Below, piece by piece: positions 9,076 to 21,083 of a stretch of 64,000 nt of DNA. The DNA is from Candidatus Eremiobacteria bacterium (GTDB lineage: Bacteria; Vulcanimicrobiota; Vulcanimicrobiia; Vulcanimicrobiales; Vulcanimicrobiaceae): positions 807,863 to 871,862 of the forward strand of contig CAVWUU010000001.1 in the NCBI GenBank assembly GCA_963758295.1. The letters are read 5' to 3'. A model generated the notes under the pieces. It did no database searches and was not told where the DNA came from. It worked only from the letters and a program-made list of their open reading frames with translations. The position numbers and the translations under genes were made by a program. Every line of letters starts with the position of its first letter. The first letter of the stretch is position 1.

Positions 9076-10887
9076 CTAGCCCGCGACGGCGGTGTCGCGG
9101 AATTGCGTGCGGTAGAGGTGCGCGTAGGCGCCGTTGCGCGCCAGTAACACTTCGTGTGTGCCGCTTTCCACGATGCGGCCATCATCTATAACGAAGATCA
9201 CATCGGCGGAACGGATCGTCGAAAGCCTGTGCGCGATCACGAGGCTCGTACGCCCTTCCATCACCACTTCGAGCGCGCTCTGAATTGCCGCTTCGTTATG
9301 CGAGTCGAGCGCACTGGTTGCCTCGTCGAGGATGAGAATGCGAGGATTCTTTAGCAGAACGCGCGCGATTGCAAGCCGTTGACGCTCTCCTCCGGAAAGC
9401 TTATGCCCGCGCTCACCGACTATTGTTGCGTAGCCTTCGGGAAGCGCGGCGATGAACGCGTGAATATTGGCGCTCTTACACGCGGCGATGAGGTCTTCGT
9501 CGCTAGCGTCCGGTTTCGCGTAGCGTAGATTCGACGCGATCGTGTCGTGGAAGAGATACGTCTCTTGCGTAACGATGCCAATGTCGCGTCGCAGCGATTC
9601 CAGCGTGACGGTTTTGACGTCGTGCCCGTCGACGAGCACGCGTCCCGCCTGCGGATCGTAGAAACGCGGCACGAGCTGCGTGATTGTCGACTTTCCGGCG
9701 CCCGACGGGCCCACGAATGCGGCGAGTTTGCCCGGTTCGATATGGAAGCTGACGTTGTCCAGGATGGTGCGGTCGGCGTTGTAGCCAAAAGTCACGTGCT
9801 CGAAGCGAATGTCGCCCTCGATGGCTTCCAACGCTGTCGCACCGGCCGGTTCGTACTCTTCGGTCGGCATGTCGAGGTAATCAAAAATGCGTTCGAAGAC
9901 GGCGAGAGCGCTGACGATTTGCACCTGGACGCCGACGAGCGCCGACGCAGGGCCGTACAAGCGCCCTTGGATGTAACCGATAAATGCAACGATGACGCCG
10001 ACGTCCAGCATGGCTTGAACCGCTAACCATCCGCCGCCGATCCACACGATTGCCGGCCCAACGATGACCATGGCGGTTACCGAAGCTAAGAACCAACGGC
10101 CCACCATGGCAAGACGAATCTCCAAGCCCATCAAACTCGTTCCCACGTCGTAGAAGCGAGCTTTCTCGAACGCCTCGCGGGCGAACGATTTGATGAGCGT
10201 GATCCCGGAAATCGAAAGCGTTTCTTGCGTGATCGATTCGATCGCGTCGCGCTGCTCGCGCGTCTTCTTGCGGATGTCGTACATCCGCCGTCCCACGGGG
10301 CCGAGCGGAAGAACCATAAACGGCACGATGACGAGCGAAATCAGCGCAAGACGCCAGTTCCAGATGAACATCGCGACGAGCGTCGTAAGAATCATGACGA
10401 CGTTCGTAATGATGGTCGTGAGCGTTCCGGTGACGACGTTGTCGATGTTGTCCACGTCGTTGGAAACGCGATTCATGATTTCGCCGGTCTTCGTTCCGGT
10501 GAAGAACGCGAGTGGCATCCGGTGCAAATGCGAAACCAGGCTCGTGCGCAAATCCCGCATGATGCCTTCGCCGACGAGCGAGTTCAGGTAACCTTGCGCG
10601 ACGCCGAAGCCCATCGAGACAAGCGCCGTCGCCAAGATGACGCCGACGTCGATCAAGAGCTCGTGAAAGCTCTTGTGCGGAATCGCACTGTCGATGATCC
10701 GCGCAGTCATGTATCCAGGGATTAGACCAAGCAGCGCACTTACGATAATGCAAGCCAAGACGGCGCCCTGCTCCTTCAAATAAGGAGTAAAGAGCGCGGC
10801 GATTCGTCGCCATTCTATGCGCTTTTTCACTTGCGGCTTGTCGGGGCGATACATATTCGACCACATCAAGCCATGCCCGGACATCAT
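9076..10887 (-). CDS. ABC exporter, fused TMD-NBD (MsbA/MdlB-like)
   Basis: N-terminal TM domain, Walker A GPSGAGKS, signature LSGGERQR, Walker B ILILDEATSALD. Confidence 0.95.
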   Translation of the reverse strand: MMSGHGLMWSNMYRPDKPQVKKRIEWRRIAALFTPYLKEQGAVLACIIVSALLGLIPGYMTARIIDSAIPHKSFHELLIDVGVILATALVSMGFGVAQGYLNSLVGEGIMRDLRTSLVSHLHRMPLAFFTGTKTGEIMNRVSNDVDNIDNVVTGTLTTIITNVVMILTTLVAMFIWNWRLALISLVIVPFMVLPLGPVGRRMYDIRKKTREQRDAIESITQETLSISGITLIKSFAREAFEKARFYDVGTSLMGLEIRLAMVGRWFLASVTAMVIVGPAIVWIGGGWLAVQAMLDVGVIVAFIGYIQGRLYGPASALVGVQVQIVSALAVFERIFDYLDMPTEEYEPAGATALEAIEGDIRFEHVTFGYNADRTILDNVSFHIEPGKLAAFVGPSGAGKSTITQLVPRFYDPQAGRVLVDGHDVKTVTLESLRRDIGIVTQETYLFHDTIASNLRYAKPDASDEDLIAACKSANIHAFIAALPEGYATIVGERGHKLSGGERQRLAIARVLLKNPRILILDEATSALDSHNEAAIQSALEVVMEGRTSLVIAHRLSTIRSADVIFVIDDGRIVESGTHEVLLARNGAYAHLYRTQFRDTAVAG

Positions 10888-11053
10888 GGTTTAAAGGCAC
10901 TCCGGCTTGGCTTGCGCGCCCCCCAACGCTTCACGCCGGTGCCCCGCACACCGTGCGCCGCATCAATCTGATTCACCGGCCGAGATTCCCCTAGGGCGGC
11001 CCAAAAGAACGTCATCGCGTTTTATAACCTGACATCGGGACCGCGTCGTTGCA

Positions 11054-11422
11054 TTAGTGCGGGACGGTGACCTGGTGGAACGTGATCTTGTTGCCTTCGG
11101 GATCATTGAAAGAGGAGATCTTACAGACCGGCGTTTCGTACGGATCCCCGACTTCAACGCCTTGTGAGCGAAGCTGGCGAAGCGCTTCGTCGAGATTGTC
11201 GACTTCGAAAGCTACGCCGGCGCCCGTTCCCGGTTCGCGCTCGATCCATTCAGGCGTTATTAATGCGAAGCACCCCGCGCCTACGTTGGCTTCGTTGTAT
11301 TTTTCGACGCCGTCTTCTTCGAAGGGGCCGCTGAACTTCAGACCAAGCATTTGCTCATACCATTCGCGCGTCGACTTTACGTCGTTCGACGGATAGGCCG
11401 TGAAGGCGATTTCTTTGATCAT
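11054..11422 (-). CDS. VOC/glyoxalase family protein
   Basis: Motifs WYEQMLGL, VAFEVDNLD and FNDPEGNKI. Confidence 0.85.
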   Translation of the reverse strand: MIKEIAFTAYPSNDVKSTREWYEQMLGLKFSGPFEEDGVEKYNEANVGAGCFALITPEWIEREPGTGAGVAFEVDNLDEALRQLRSQGVEVGDPYETPVCKISSFNDPEGNKITFHQVTVPH

Positions 11423-11439
11423 GGCGGTCCGCTTCGACT

Positions 11440-11475
11440 AAAAAGAAGCGGCCACCCGGGTTCGTCGGGTGGCCG
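11440..11475 (-). terminator. Intrinsic terminator of the dnaK-grpE-dnaJ operon
   Basis: 10-bp stem CGGCCACCCG/CGGGTGGCCG followed on the minus strand by CTTCTTTTT, just after the dnaJ stop. Confidence 0.75.
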
Positions 11476-11481
11476 TTGATC

Positions 11482-12507
11482 TTACTTCTTGCCGTTTCTC
11501 ATGGACGAGAGCTCTTTGAAGAGCTTCTTTTCCTTATCGGAGAGCTGCTGTGGCAGTTGTCCGATCAAGCGAACGTATTGATCGCCCGATCCTCCGCCTT
11601 TGACATTCGGCATGCCCTTGCCGCCTAGCCGCAGGAGCCGGTTATTTTGCGTGCCTTCCGGAATCGTCATAGCAACTTGCCCGGCCATTGTCGGCACTTT
11701 TACTTCCCCGCCGAGCAACAGATCGTACATGCTTACCGGCAGGTCGACGTAGAGATCGTCGCCCTTGCGTTTGTACGTTGAATCATCGAGCAATTTGACG
11801 ATAAGATACAAATCGCCGTTCGGGCCGCCGTTCGTCCCGGCACCGCCTTGCGCTGCAAGACGAATGCGTTGCTCGTCGCCGATGCCTTTCGGAATCGTCA
11901 CTTCGAATTTCTTCGTTACGAGGAGCCGGCCCGTACCGCTGCATTGCGGACATAGACGTCCTTGATCGGTGCCGGTGCCATGGCATCGGGGGCAGCGATC
12001 TTCGACTTGCAACGACACAGCTTTTTTCCCGCCGTCATAAACGTCGCGTAAGGTTAGCTCGATTGTCGTCTCTAGATCCTGACCGCGTTGCGGAAACCCG
12101 GTCGTTTGCGTTGTCTGCCGGCGCCCGATGCCGGAGAAGAACATGTCGAAGAAATCGGAGAACCCGCTCGGCCCGGCACCGGCCGCCCCGGTGTTCGTAC
12201 CCCCGAAATCGAAATGTCCGAAGTCGTGTTCGTTATATCGCGTACGATATTGGCGTTGCTGTTCCGCCTGGCGCGCCGCGCGCTGCCAGTCGGAACCAAG
12301 CACGTCGTACTTCTTGCGCTTCTCGGGATCGCCGAGCACTTCGTACGCTTCAGAGATTTCTTTGAAGCGCTCCTCGGCTTCTTTGGGATTCGATGGATTT
12401 GCATCCGGATGCCACTTACGCGCGAGCTTGCGGTACGCCGACTTAATGTCTTTCTCCGGCGAATTTTTGGGAATTCCGAGGACCGCGTAGTAGTCTTTAT
12501 AGTTCAT
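11482..12507 (-). CDS. dnaJ: DnaJ/CbpA-family co-chaperone with only two CXXCXGXG motifs
   Basis: J domain with HPD, G/F region (FSDFF), CPRCHGTG and CPQCSGTG, DnaJ C-terminal domain; in an operon with grpE and dnaK. Confidence 0.9.
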   Translation of the reverse strand: MNYKDYYAVLGIPKNSPEKDIKSAYRKLARKWHPDANPSNPKEAEERFKEISEAYEVLGDPEKRKKYDVLGSDWQRAARQAEQQRQYRTRYNEHDFGHFDFGGTNTGAAGAGPSGFSDFFDMFFSGIGRRQTTQTTGFPQRGQDLETTIELTLRDVYDGGKKAVSLQVEDRCPRCHGTGTDQGRLCPQCSGTGRLLVTKKFEVTIPKGIGDEQRIRLAAQGGAGTNGGPNGDLYLIVKLLDDSTYKRKGDDLYVDLPVSMYDLLLGGEVKVPTMAGQVAMTIPEGTQNNRLLRLGGKGMPNVKGGGSGDQYVRLIGQLPQQLSDKEKKLFKELSSMRNGKK

Positions 12508-13049
12508 CCGGCGGCTTTAGCAACGATCACTTTGGCGGGCCGCAAAAGCTCGTCGCCGATCGTATAGCCTTTCTCCGCTACTTCCAGCACGGTGTCGTCT
12601 TCGACGCCTTCGGCCGCGGGTGCGGTTCCGATTGCCTCCGCAACGCGAGGATCGAAAGCCTTGCCCTTGACGTCGATCGTTTTCACGCCTTCGCTCGAGA
12701 GCAGCGACTCGAATCCACGCAGCGTATTTTCGATACCGCCGCGCAATTTATCGTCGCCCGTCGCGTTGAACTGCAGCGCGCGTTCGAGATTGTCCAGCAC
12801 CGGCAAGAACCGTTCGAGGATCTTGCGCCGGTATGCGGTGTAAAGCGACGCGCTGTCGCGTTCCATGCGGCGCTTGTAATTCTCGAAGTCCGCCATGGCC
12901 ATCAGAAACTTGTTGTAGTTGTCTTCGGCTTTGGCGTTTGCGGCATCGAGTTGCGCGCGCACGTCGTCTTTTGGTTCGGCCGCGGGCGCCGTCCCCGGAA
13001 TCGTCGCCTCGCCCGCTTCGGTTACAACTTCGCTATCGTTATTCATCAT
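12504..13049 (-). CDS. grpE: Nucleotide exchange factor GrpE
   Basis: Motifs ADFENYKRR, LPVLDNLERAL, FDP...EA and KGY...LLRPAKVIV. Start moved to MMNND, because the longer ORF start lies in a repeat. Confidence 0.93.
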   Translation of the reverse strand: MMNNDSEVVTEAGEATIPGTAPAAEPKDDVRAQLDAANAKAEDNYNKFLMAMADFENYKRRMERDSASLYTAYRRKILERFLPVLDNLERALQFNATGDDKLRGGIENTLRGFESLLSSEGVKTIDVKGKAFDPRVAEAIGTAPAAEGVEDDTVLEVAEKGYTIGDELLRPAKVIVAKAAG

Positions 13050-13080
13050 CAATTTAAAAGAAAAGAAAGCATAAGCTGGT

Positions 13081-13184
13081 ATGCGCGAGCCCTTCGACAA
13101 ACTCAGGGTGACGACGTTTTCTCGTCATCCTGAGCACGGCGTCGGCCACGTTAGTGGCCCAGCCTCATCGAAGGACAAGCGCAT
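13081..13184. repeat. REP-like palindrome pair between dnaK and grpE, same family as the 2.9-4.0 kb array
   Basis: CCCTTCGACAAACTCAGGGTGAC...GTCATCCTGAGC[~32-nt insert containing GGCCAC-GTTA-GTGGCC]TCGAAGGAC, flanked by ATGCGC/GCGCAT. Confidence 0.8.
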
Positions 13185-13201
13185 CAACCAGCGCGTTTGC
13201 C

Positions 13202-15226
<2,025 letters not shown>

Positions 15227-15345
15227 TTACCCGACAATCATACACGACCCGGGCTTGCTTTGTTTCTACCCGTCTCGCACCTGACCGTTGGGCCTTGCAT
15301 ACTCTATGACACGAAGTTGGCACCCTAGGTTGCACTGAAGAGTAG

Positions 15346-15370
15346 AAAACGGCGGCCATTTCTGACCGCC
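15346..15370 (-). terminator. Probable terminator after htrA
   Basis: GGCGGCCA/TGACCGCC hairpin followed by a short T-run on the minus strand, downstream of the htrA stop. Confidence 0.5.
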
Positions 15371-15403
15371 GGTCTGGTGTACGCTACCGCTGTAAAGAGG
15401 CGG

Positions 15404-16603
15404 TTACGGCTGCCCCTGTACCGGGGTGCCGGCCGGGCGCTCCTGGAGCTTCACGCTGACCAGCTTTTTCACGCCTTGCGACCAGACTTGCATCCGAATC
15501 GTATCGCCGGGCTTCTTCGAGCCGATGTAGTCGTGGAGCGACTTGTAGTCGTTGTAGTTTTTGCCGTCGGCGCTAAGGATGACGTCGCCCGGCTGCAGGC
15601 CGGCCTGATCGGCGGGCGAGCCCGACATAACCTGTCCGACCACAACGCCGGTGTTGCCGTTGTAGCCGATTTGATTGCGTACTGCTGCGGTCAGATTGCC
15701 CATCACGATGCCCACGAAGCCGGTTTCCGTGCCCTGATGGACGCCCGGATTTTTCAGCAGATCCGGCACGATGCGTTTCACGATGTTCGACGGGATAGCG
15801 AAACCGATGCCTTGCGCCGCCTGGTTCGTGAGCTGGTTGACGCCGATGACTTGGCCGTCGATGTCGATCAGCGGGCCACCCGAATTTCCGGGATTGATCG
15901 GCGCGGACGTCTGCAACAGGCCTTTGAAATCGTAGGCCAGCTGATTTTCCGCCACTTGCTCTTCGCGGTCGACGCCGGACACGATGCCGAGGGTCACCGT
16001 TTGCTTGAGTTCGTACGGTTCGCCGATGGCGATCGCCCATTGACCCTGTTCGAGCTTATCGGAATCCGCGAGCGGCAGCGGGGGCGGAAGTTTGTTGTAG
16101 CCGTCTACTCGTATGATTGCGAGGTCGGCCCCGATGTTGGCCGCGACGACGTGCGCCGGGCGGTGATCGCCGTTGGCAAAGACGACCGTAAGATTGGAGA
16201 CGCGCCCGCCGGAAGGCGGTTGGACGACGTGAGCGTTCGTGACGATGTCGCCGCTCGTATCGTAAACGAAGCCGGACCCCGAGGCTTGACCGCGATAGGG
16301 CCGGACGATGCCCGGTCCTTGCTGGCCGAAAAACTGCTGCAGCAGCGGATCGACCGGCTCGACCTGCTGCCCGTTGATCGTTTCGGTGATGGCAACGACG
16401 GAAGCTTTAGTACGCTTTACCGCCGTTACGATGCGATCTTGATCGCTGACACCGGAGAGCGAAGCAGCAACAACTGCGGGCGGCGTATGATTCGGGCCCG
16501 CTACGTTCGTAAAGTGCGTGCTCGCGTAGAGCATCATCACAAAGCTTCCGATTATTGCGCCCACCAGCCCAATTATGAGCGTGGGCATCACGCGATTTTT
16601 CAC
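15404..16603 (-). CDS. htrA: HtrA/DegP-family serine protease with one PDZ domain
   Basis: N-terminal TM segment, GSGF, TNAHVV, DLAII, APINPGNSGGPL and a C-terminal PDZ. AGGAG RBS before GTG. Confidence 0.93.
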   Translation of the reverse strand: MKNRVMPTLIIGLVGAIIGSFVMMLYASTHFTNVAGPNHTPPAVVAASLSGVSDQDRIVTAVKRTKASVVAITETINGQQVEPVDPLLQQFFGQQGPGIVRPYRGQASGSGFVYDTSGDIVTNAHVVQPPSGGRVSNLTVVFANGDHRPAHVVAANIGADLAIIRVDGYNKLPPPLPLADSDKLEQGQWAIAIGEPYELKQTVTLGIVSGVDREEQVAENQLAYDFKGLLQTSAPINPGNSGGPLIDIDGQVIGVNQLTNQAAQGIGFAIPSNIVKRIVPDLLKNPGVHQGTETGFVGIVMGNLTAAVRNQIGYNGNTGVVVGQVMSGSPADQAGLQPGDVILSADGKNYNDYKSLHDYIGSKKPGDTIRMQVWSQGVKKLVSVKLQERPAGTPVQGQP

Positions 16604-16699
16604 TGTTCTCCTACTGCGAATTGAGGCTGTTCTTATGGTCCCCTACTCGCAAACCGGTCAAAAGTAACGCGCGATTCACCTTTGGAAATGAGCGTTTGA

Positions 16700-17395
16700 T
16701 TAAGCGGCGCGCTCGTCGGCCACTACGAGGCCGTCCAGCAGGCGAATCACCCGCTTGGCGTGGCGGGCGACTGCCTCGTCATGGGTGACCATGATGATCG
16801 TGCGTCCGCGCTCGTAGAGCTTCTCGAAGAGCGCCATGATGTCCGCGCTCGTCTTCGTGTCGAGGTTCCCGGTCGGCTCGTCGGCGAGCAAAACAGCGGG
16901 ATTGTTGATAAGTGCACGCGCAATGGCTACGCGCTGCTGCTGGCCGCCGGAGAGCTCGTTGGGTTTGTGATCGGTGCGATCGCCGAGTCCAACCTCTTCA
17001 AGCGCGGCGACGGCGCGGCGCGAACGCTCGCGGCCGCCGATGCCCGCGTAGAACAACGGAAGCGCAACGTTCTTGATCGCATCGGTGCGCGCGAGCAAGT
17101 TGAAGCCTTGAAAGACGAAGCCCAGCTTGCGCAACCGAATTTCGGCCAGCGCGTTGTCGTCGAGGTGCGATACGTCCTCACCGTCGAGCACGTATCGTCC
17201 CGTCGTCGCGCGGTCCAGACACCCGATAATGTTCATCAGTGTCGATTTACCGGAGCCCGATGGACCCATCACCGCAACGTACTCGCCGTGTTGAACCGTC
17301 AAGTCGATGCCGTGCAGCACAGGAACTTCCAGCGCGCCGTTCTTGTACGTTTTGGTGATGTCGCTCAGCGCAATGGCCGCATGGCCGTCATTCAT
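16700..17395 (-). CDS. ABC ATP-binding protein (LolD/MacB/YknY-like)
   Basis: [24 protein letters not shown] and [11 protein letters not shown]. Start MNDGH is coupled to the upstream permease stop. Confidence 0.93.
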   Translation of the reverse strand: MNDGHAAIALSDITKTYKNGALEVPVLHGIDLTVQHGEYVAVMGPSGSGKSTLMNIIGCLDRATTGRYVLDGEDVSHLDDNALAEIRLRKLGFVFQGFNLLARTDAIKNVALPLFYAGIGGRERSRRAVAALEEVGLGDRTDHKPNELSGGQQQRVAIARALINNPAVLLADEPTGNLDTKTSADIMALFEKLYERGRTIIMVTHDEAVARHAKRVIRLLDGLVVADERAA

Positions 17396-18587
17396 ACCGT
17401 AATGCCTCGATAGGATCAAGTTTTGCCGCGCGGTAGGCGGGATAGGTTCCGAACGCGAGTGTCACGATGACGGCAAAGCCGGCGGCAATTGCCACCGCTT
17501 GCACCCAAGGAAGCGACGACACCGTTCCCGTGAGCTGGATGATGAATACGTTATTGACAAGTGCTCCCAGCCCGAGCCCGATGACCAATCCGCTGCCGCA
17601 ACCGACGGCGCACAGAAGCAGCGCTTCAAGAAAGAACTGCAACAGCACTTGAGAGCTACGCGCGCCGATTGCCTTACGCACGCCGATCTCTCGCGTGCGC
17701 TCGGCGACTGAAACGAGCATGATGTTCATGATGCCGATGCCCGCGACGAGCATGGAAACCGCGCCGATCAGCGCGACGATAAACGTCATGGCGTTGAAGA
17801 TGCCGTTTATTGCGCCGGTGATTTGCGACTTATCGAACGTCTGGTATTCAAGCCCGGCCGCCCCGCCGCGAAGTTCGCGCAGCTTTTGGATTACGGCAAG
17901 TTCTTGATTCGGAATGCTCTTTGCATCCGCCGTTACAAAACGCGCCGCGAAGATCGTATCGCCGCGAACGTAGTTGCGAACGTAAGTGGTCCACGGCACC
18001 GAAATACCGCCGCCGCCGAAGTTGGCGTTGATGAACCCGCGCTTTGGCTCCGTGAGAATCCCGACGATAAGATACCGGCGGGAACCAACGTAGACGCTTT
18101 GACCGGTCGGATCACCGCCGTTCGGAAAGAGCTTTTTGTAGGCGTCGTTCGGCAGCACGCAAACATTCGTTCCGAGCTGAACGTCCTGAGCGGTGATCCG
18201 CCGGCCGTAGAGCAGCGGAAGATTGTTGAACGGAATTGCGCCTTCCGCCCCGACGCTCTCGCGAGCCTGATAGTGCCCGACGTGAACGAGATCTTGAAAT
18301 TGTCCCAGTGGTAGCGCGTCTACGATTCCGGGAAGAGCTCGAAGCGCCGGCAGGTCGCTCAAGTGGATTGCCGCCTGTTGCGAGTTGCGCTGGGTCGAGT
18401 TCGGATACACGATGAACGTGTTGTCTGCGAAACTTCCCAATGCGCCGTTCAACGCGCCGGCCATGCTATTGCCGAGAACCTGAATGGCGACCACGGCACC
18501 CACGCCGATGATCAGGCCGAGGATCGTGAGGATCGAACGGATGCGGTTGGCGGAGAGCACGCGCCAAGCTTCTTCGAAATACATCAT
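17388..18587 (-). CDS. MacB/FtsX-like ABC permease (paralog 2)
   Basis: RSILTILGLIIG, GIGIMNIMLVSVAERTREIGVRKAIGA and DPIEALRYE. Confidence 0.93.
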   Translation of the reverse strand: MMYFEEAWRVLSANRIRSILTILGLIIGVGAVVAIQVLGNSMAGALNGALGSFADNTFIVYPNSTQRNSQQAAIHLSDLPALRALPGIVDALPLGQFQDLVHVGHYQARESVGAEGAIPFNNLPLLYGRRITAQDVQLGTNVCVLPNDAYKKLFPNGGDPTGQSVYVGSRRYLIVGILTEPKRGFINANFGGGGISVPWTTYVRNYVRGDTIFAARFVTADAKSIPNQELAVIQKLRELRGGAAGLEYQTFDKSQITGAINGIFNAMTFIVALIGAVSMLVAGIGIMNIMLVSVAERTREIGVRKAIGARSSQVLLQFFLEALLLCAVGCGSGLVIGLGLGALVNNVFIIQLTGTVSSLPWVQAVAIAAGFAVIVTLAFGTYPAYRAAKLDPIEALRYE

Positions 18588-19783
18588 GAGCGAAGCGCCT
18601 CGATAGGATCCATGCGTGAAGCGCGCAGCGCGGGATACGAGCCGAAAACCGTTCCCACGAGGAGTGAAAACGTCATCGCTATTCCGACGATCAACAGATA
18701 CGGAATGAGCAGCTGGCCGAGTTGTTTGCTCAAGAGGCTCGCTGCGCCGACGGTAAGGAGAATCCCGATCACCATCCCGGTCAGACCGCCGCCGAGTGAA
18801 AGCAAAACCGCCTCCATCAAGAACTGGGTCATGATGTTGCCGCGATTGGCGCCGATCGACTTGCGAATGCCGATTTCCCGCGTCCGTTCGGTAACGGAAA
18901 CGAGCATGATGTTCATGATGCCGATGCCGGCAACTACGAGCGCAACGCCGCCGATCGCAGACAAGCCGATTGCCACCACGTTCAGGACGCTATTGAAGAT
19001 TTGCAGTTGCTGCGCCCCGTTTTGGGTCTTGTATTGTGCCTGATTGCCGTGGATATGCTGCAATGCGACGATTGCGTCGTTTCCGGCGGCGTCCCCGCCA
19101 AGCGGATCGGTGGGATAAACCAGCACGAAATCGGGCGGGGTATCTTGAGCGATGTTGTTGCGGTACGTGGTGTACGGAACGATTATCGTCGAGCTTCCGG
19201 CGATGCTGTTGAAAAATGAGCCCTTGATATCCGCGTAGACGCCGATTACTTTATACCGGCCGCCGTTCACCCGTAGGAATTGACCTTCGGCCGGCCGGTC
19301 GCCGAAAAATTCTCGCGCAACATCTTGCGTAATAACGGCAACGCGCTCCGCGCCGTCTACCTCGCCGGCCGTGAATTTATGTCCCTCCGCCATCGCCAAC
19401 CCGTCGGTATGGTAGCTGCCGTCCTGTTGGAGCACGATGTGATCGGTCTTACCGTTCGCCGAAATCGTGAACACTTTTTGCCATACAGGCAAAATTTCGC
19501 GGGCGCGATCGCCGAGATAGATTTGAATGGAAGCCAAGTCGCGATAGTGGATTTGCGCACGTTCGGGATAATCTTGCGCCGGGTCAACGAAGATCACATC
19601 CGGCTCCTGGCCGAAAGACGCAAAGGACGACGCGATACCGCTGGTCGCCGCTTTGCTGATTCCGAAGACCGTGATGATCGAAGCGCTGCCGATGATCATT
19701 CCGAGCATCGTCAGCGCGGAGCGGACGCGATTGCGCCACAGTGACGCGCACGCTTCTTCAAGGTACGCGAGGAGACGTGTCAC
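18584..19783 (-). CDS. MacB/FtsX-like ABC permease (paralog 1)
   Basis: RSALTMLGMIIG, GIGIMNIMLVSVTERTREIGIRKSIGA and DPIEALRS. Confidence 0.93.
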   Translation of the reverse strand: MTRLLAYLEEACASLWRNRVRSALTMLGMIIGSASIITVFGISKAATSGIASSFASFGQEPDVIFVDPAQDYPERAQIHYRDLASIQIYLGDRAREILPVWQKVFTISANGKTDHIVLQQDGSYHTDGLAMAEGHKFTAGEVDGAERVAVITQDVAREFFGDRPAEGQFLRVNGGRYKVIGVYADIKGSFFNSIAGSSTIIVPYTTYRNNIAQDTPPDFVLVYPTDPLGGDAAGNDAIVALQHIHGNQAQYKTQNGAQQLQIFNSVLNVVAIGLSAIGGVALVVAGIGIMNIMLVSVTERTREIGIRKSIGANRGNIMTQFLMEAVLLSLGGGLTGMVIGILLTVGAASLLSKQLGQLLIPYLLIVGIAMTFSLLVGTVFGSYPALRASRMDPIEALRS

Positions 19784-21081
19784 GACGCCGGCGCGGCCGA
19801 TGCGGAGGCGGACGGCATTGGCGTTACATGCTTGCCCTCACCCAACTCCGGATTATTTTTCGCAACGATGGTTTCGCCGGGCTCGAGTCCCGACGTTACG
19901 AGGGTCGACGTGTCGCCCGTGCGCCCCACTTTGATGGTCCGCTTCGTAGCGATGCCGCGCTTGACCACGTAGACGAACGACTTCGATCCATCCTTGAGCA
20001 CCGAGTCATTCGGAACGACGATCGCATGCGGAATATTTGTCGTGAGGATATCGACGTCGGTCGTCATGCCGTCTTTTAGGAAATCGGGCGATTGATCGAG
20101 TGCGATCGTCGTAAGGACTTGCTTCGCCGTACTCGTCGTATCGGTCGACTTCTGCGCGATCGGCGCGATGATTGCCACGTGTCCGGGAATTGTTTTTCCG
20201 GGGAAGTCTTGTCCGGTTACGTTGACGTGCTGTCCAACGCGGACGTTGATCACGTCTTGTTCGTCGACTTGAGCGCGGACGATGAAAGTTTCGCCCGACG
20301 CCATCGTAAAGAGCAGCTGCCCCGCCGTCACCGCGTCACCGGGCTGCAGCGAGCGAAGCGCATCGCTCGTTTGCGCAGCGACCGACTGAATTACGCCGGA
20401 CTCCGGCGCAACGATGCGCGTGAAGGAGACCTGCTGCTGGTCCTGTTGATTCACGATGCGCGCCTTATCCGCCGCGGCCTGCGCATATTGCACGCTGTTC
20501 TGGCCGTATCCGGAGACCGCGCCCAAACGAAGTTGCTCGACGGCTTGATCGTAGGCGACTTGAGCCTGATCCAGCTTGGCCTTGTCGGCATCCACTTGAT
20601 TGCGTGCGATCGCGCGTTGTTGAAGAAGCGCTTCATCGGCGTTATAGACGCGGCGGGCTTCGTCGAGCGAACTCTTTTGAGTGGCGACGGCGCCTTGATA
20701 CTGCACTTTCGCATTTTGTTCGTTGACGCGCGCCGCCGAAACGTTTGCGACCGCCGAGTCGTAGTCGGCTTGCGAACCGGACGCGTTGGAGTCGATCGTC
20801 GGATTGTCGATCGTCGCCAGAAGCTGGCCGGCGGAGACACGGTCGCCCGCCTTGACAAAAATGCGCCCGATATTGCCCGCCACGAGCGTCGGTACGGTCA
20901 GCGTGCCGGGACGCATAACGACGCCGTTTTCCGGCAATTTTACAACGAACGCGCCGTAGGTAACTTTTTGGGTCTGCACGGCGAGCGCGGGATCTTTGTG
21001 AGAGCGGCTGGCGAAGACCGCGACGACGACGATCAGCACGAGCGCTGCAAGGACGATGATGGTATTGCGGGTGCGGTTCAT
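19780..21081 (-). CDS. Periplasmic adaptor / membrane fusion protein (MacA/YknX-like)
   Basis: N-terminal TM, lipoyl half-motifs (IFVKAGDRVSAGQLLA, IVAPESGVI), coiled coil, VDEQDV..VRVGQ. Confidence 0.9.
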   Translation of the reverse strand: MNRTRNTIIVLAALVLIVVVAVFASRSHKDPALAVQTQKVTYGAFVVKLPENGVVMRPGTLTVPTLVAGNIGRIFVKAGDRVSAGQLLATIDNPTIDSNASGSQADYDSAVANVSAARVNEQNAKVQYQGAVATQKSSLDEARRVYNADEALLQQRAIARNQVDADKAKLDQAQVAYDQAVEQLRLGAVSGYGQNSVQYAQAAADKARIVNQQDQQQVSFTRIVAPESGVIQSVAAQTSDALRSLQPGDAVTAGQLLFTMASGETFIVRAQVDEQDVINVRVGQHVNVTGQDFPGKTIPGHVAIIAPIAQKSTDTTSTAKQVLTTIALDQSPDFLKDGMTTDVDILTTNIPHAIVVPNDSVLKDGSKSFVYVVKRGIATKRTIKVGRTGDTSTLVTSGLEPGETIVAKNNPELGEGKHVTPMPSASASAAPAS

Positions 21082-21083
21082 GC

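Noticed and set aside
15317..15345. CIRCE operator upstream of dnaK
   Set aside because: TTGGCACCC resembles one half-site, but there is no matching second half at 9-nt spacing.
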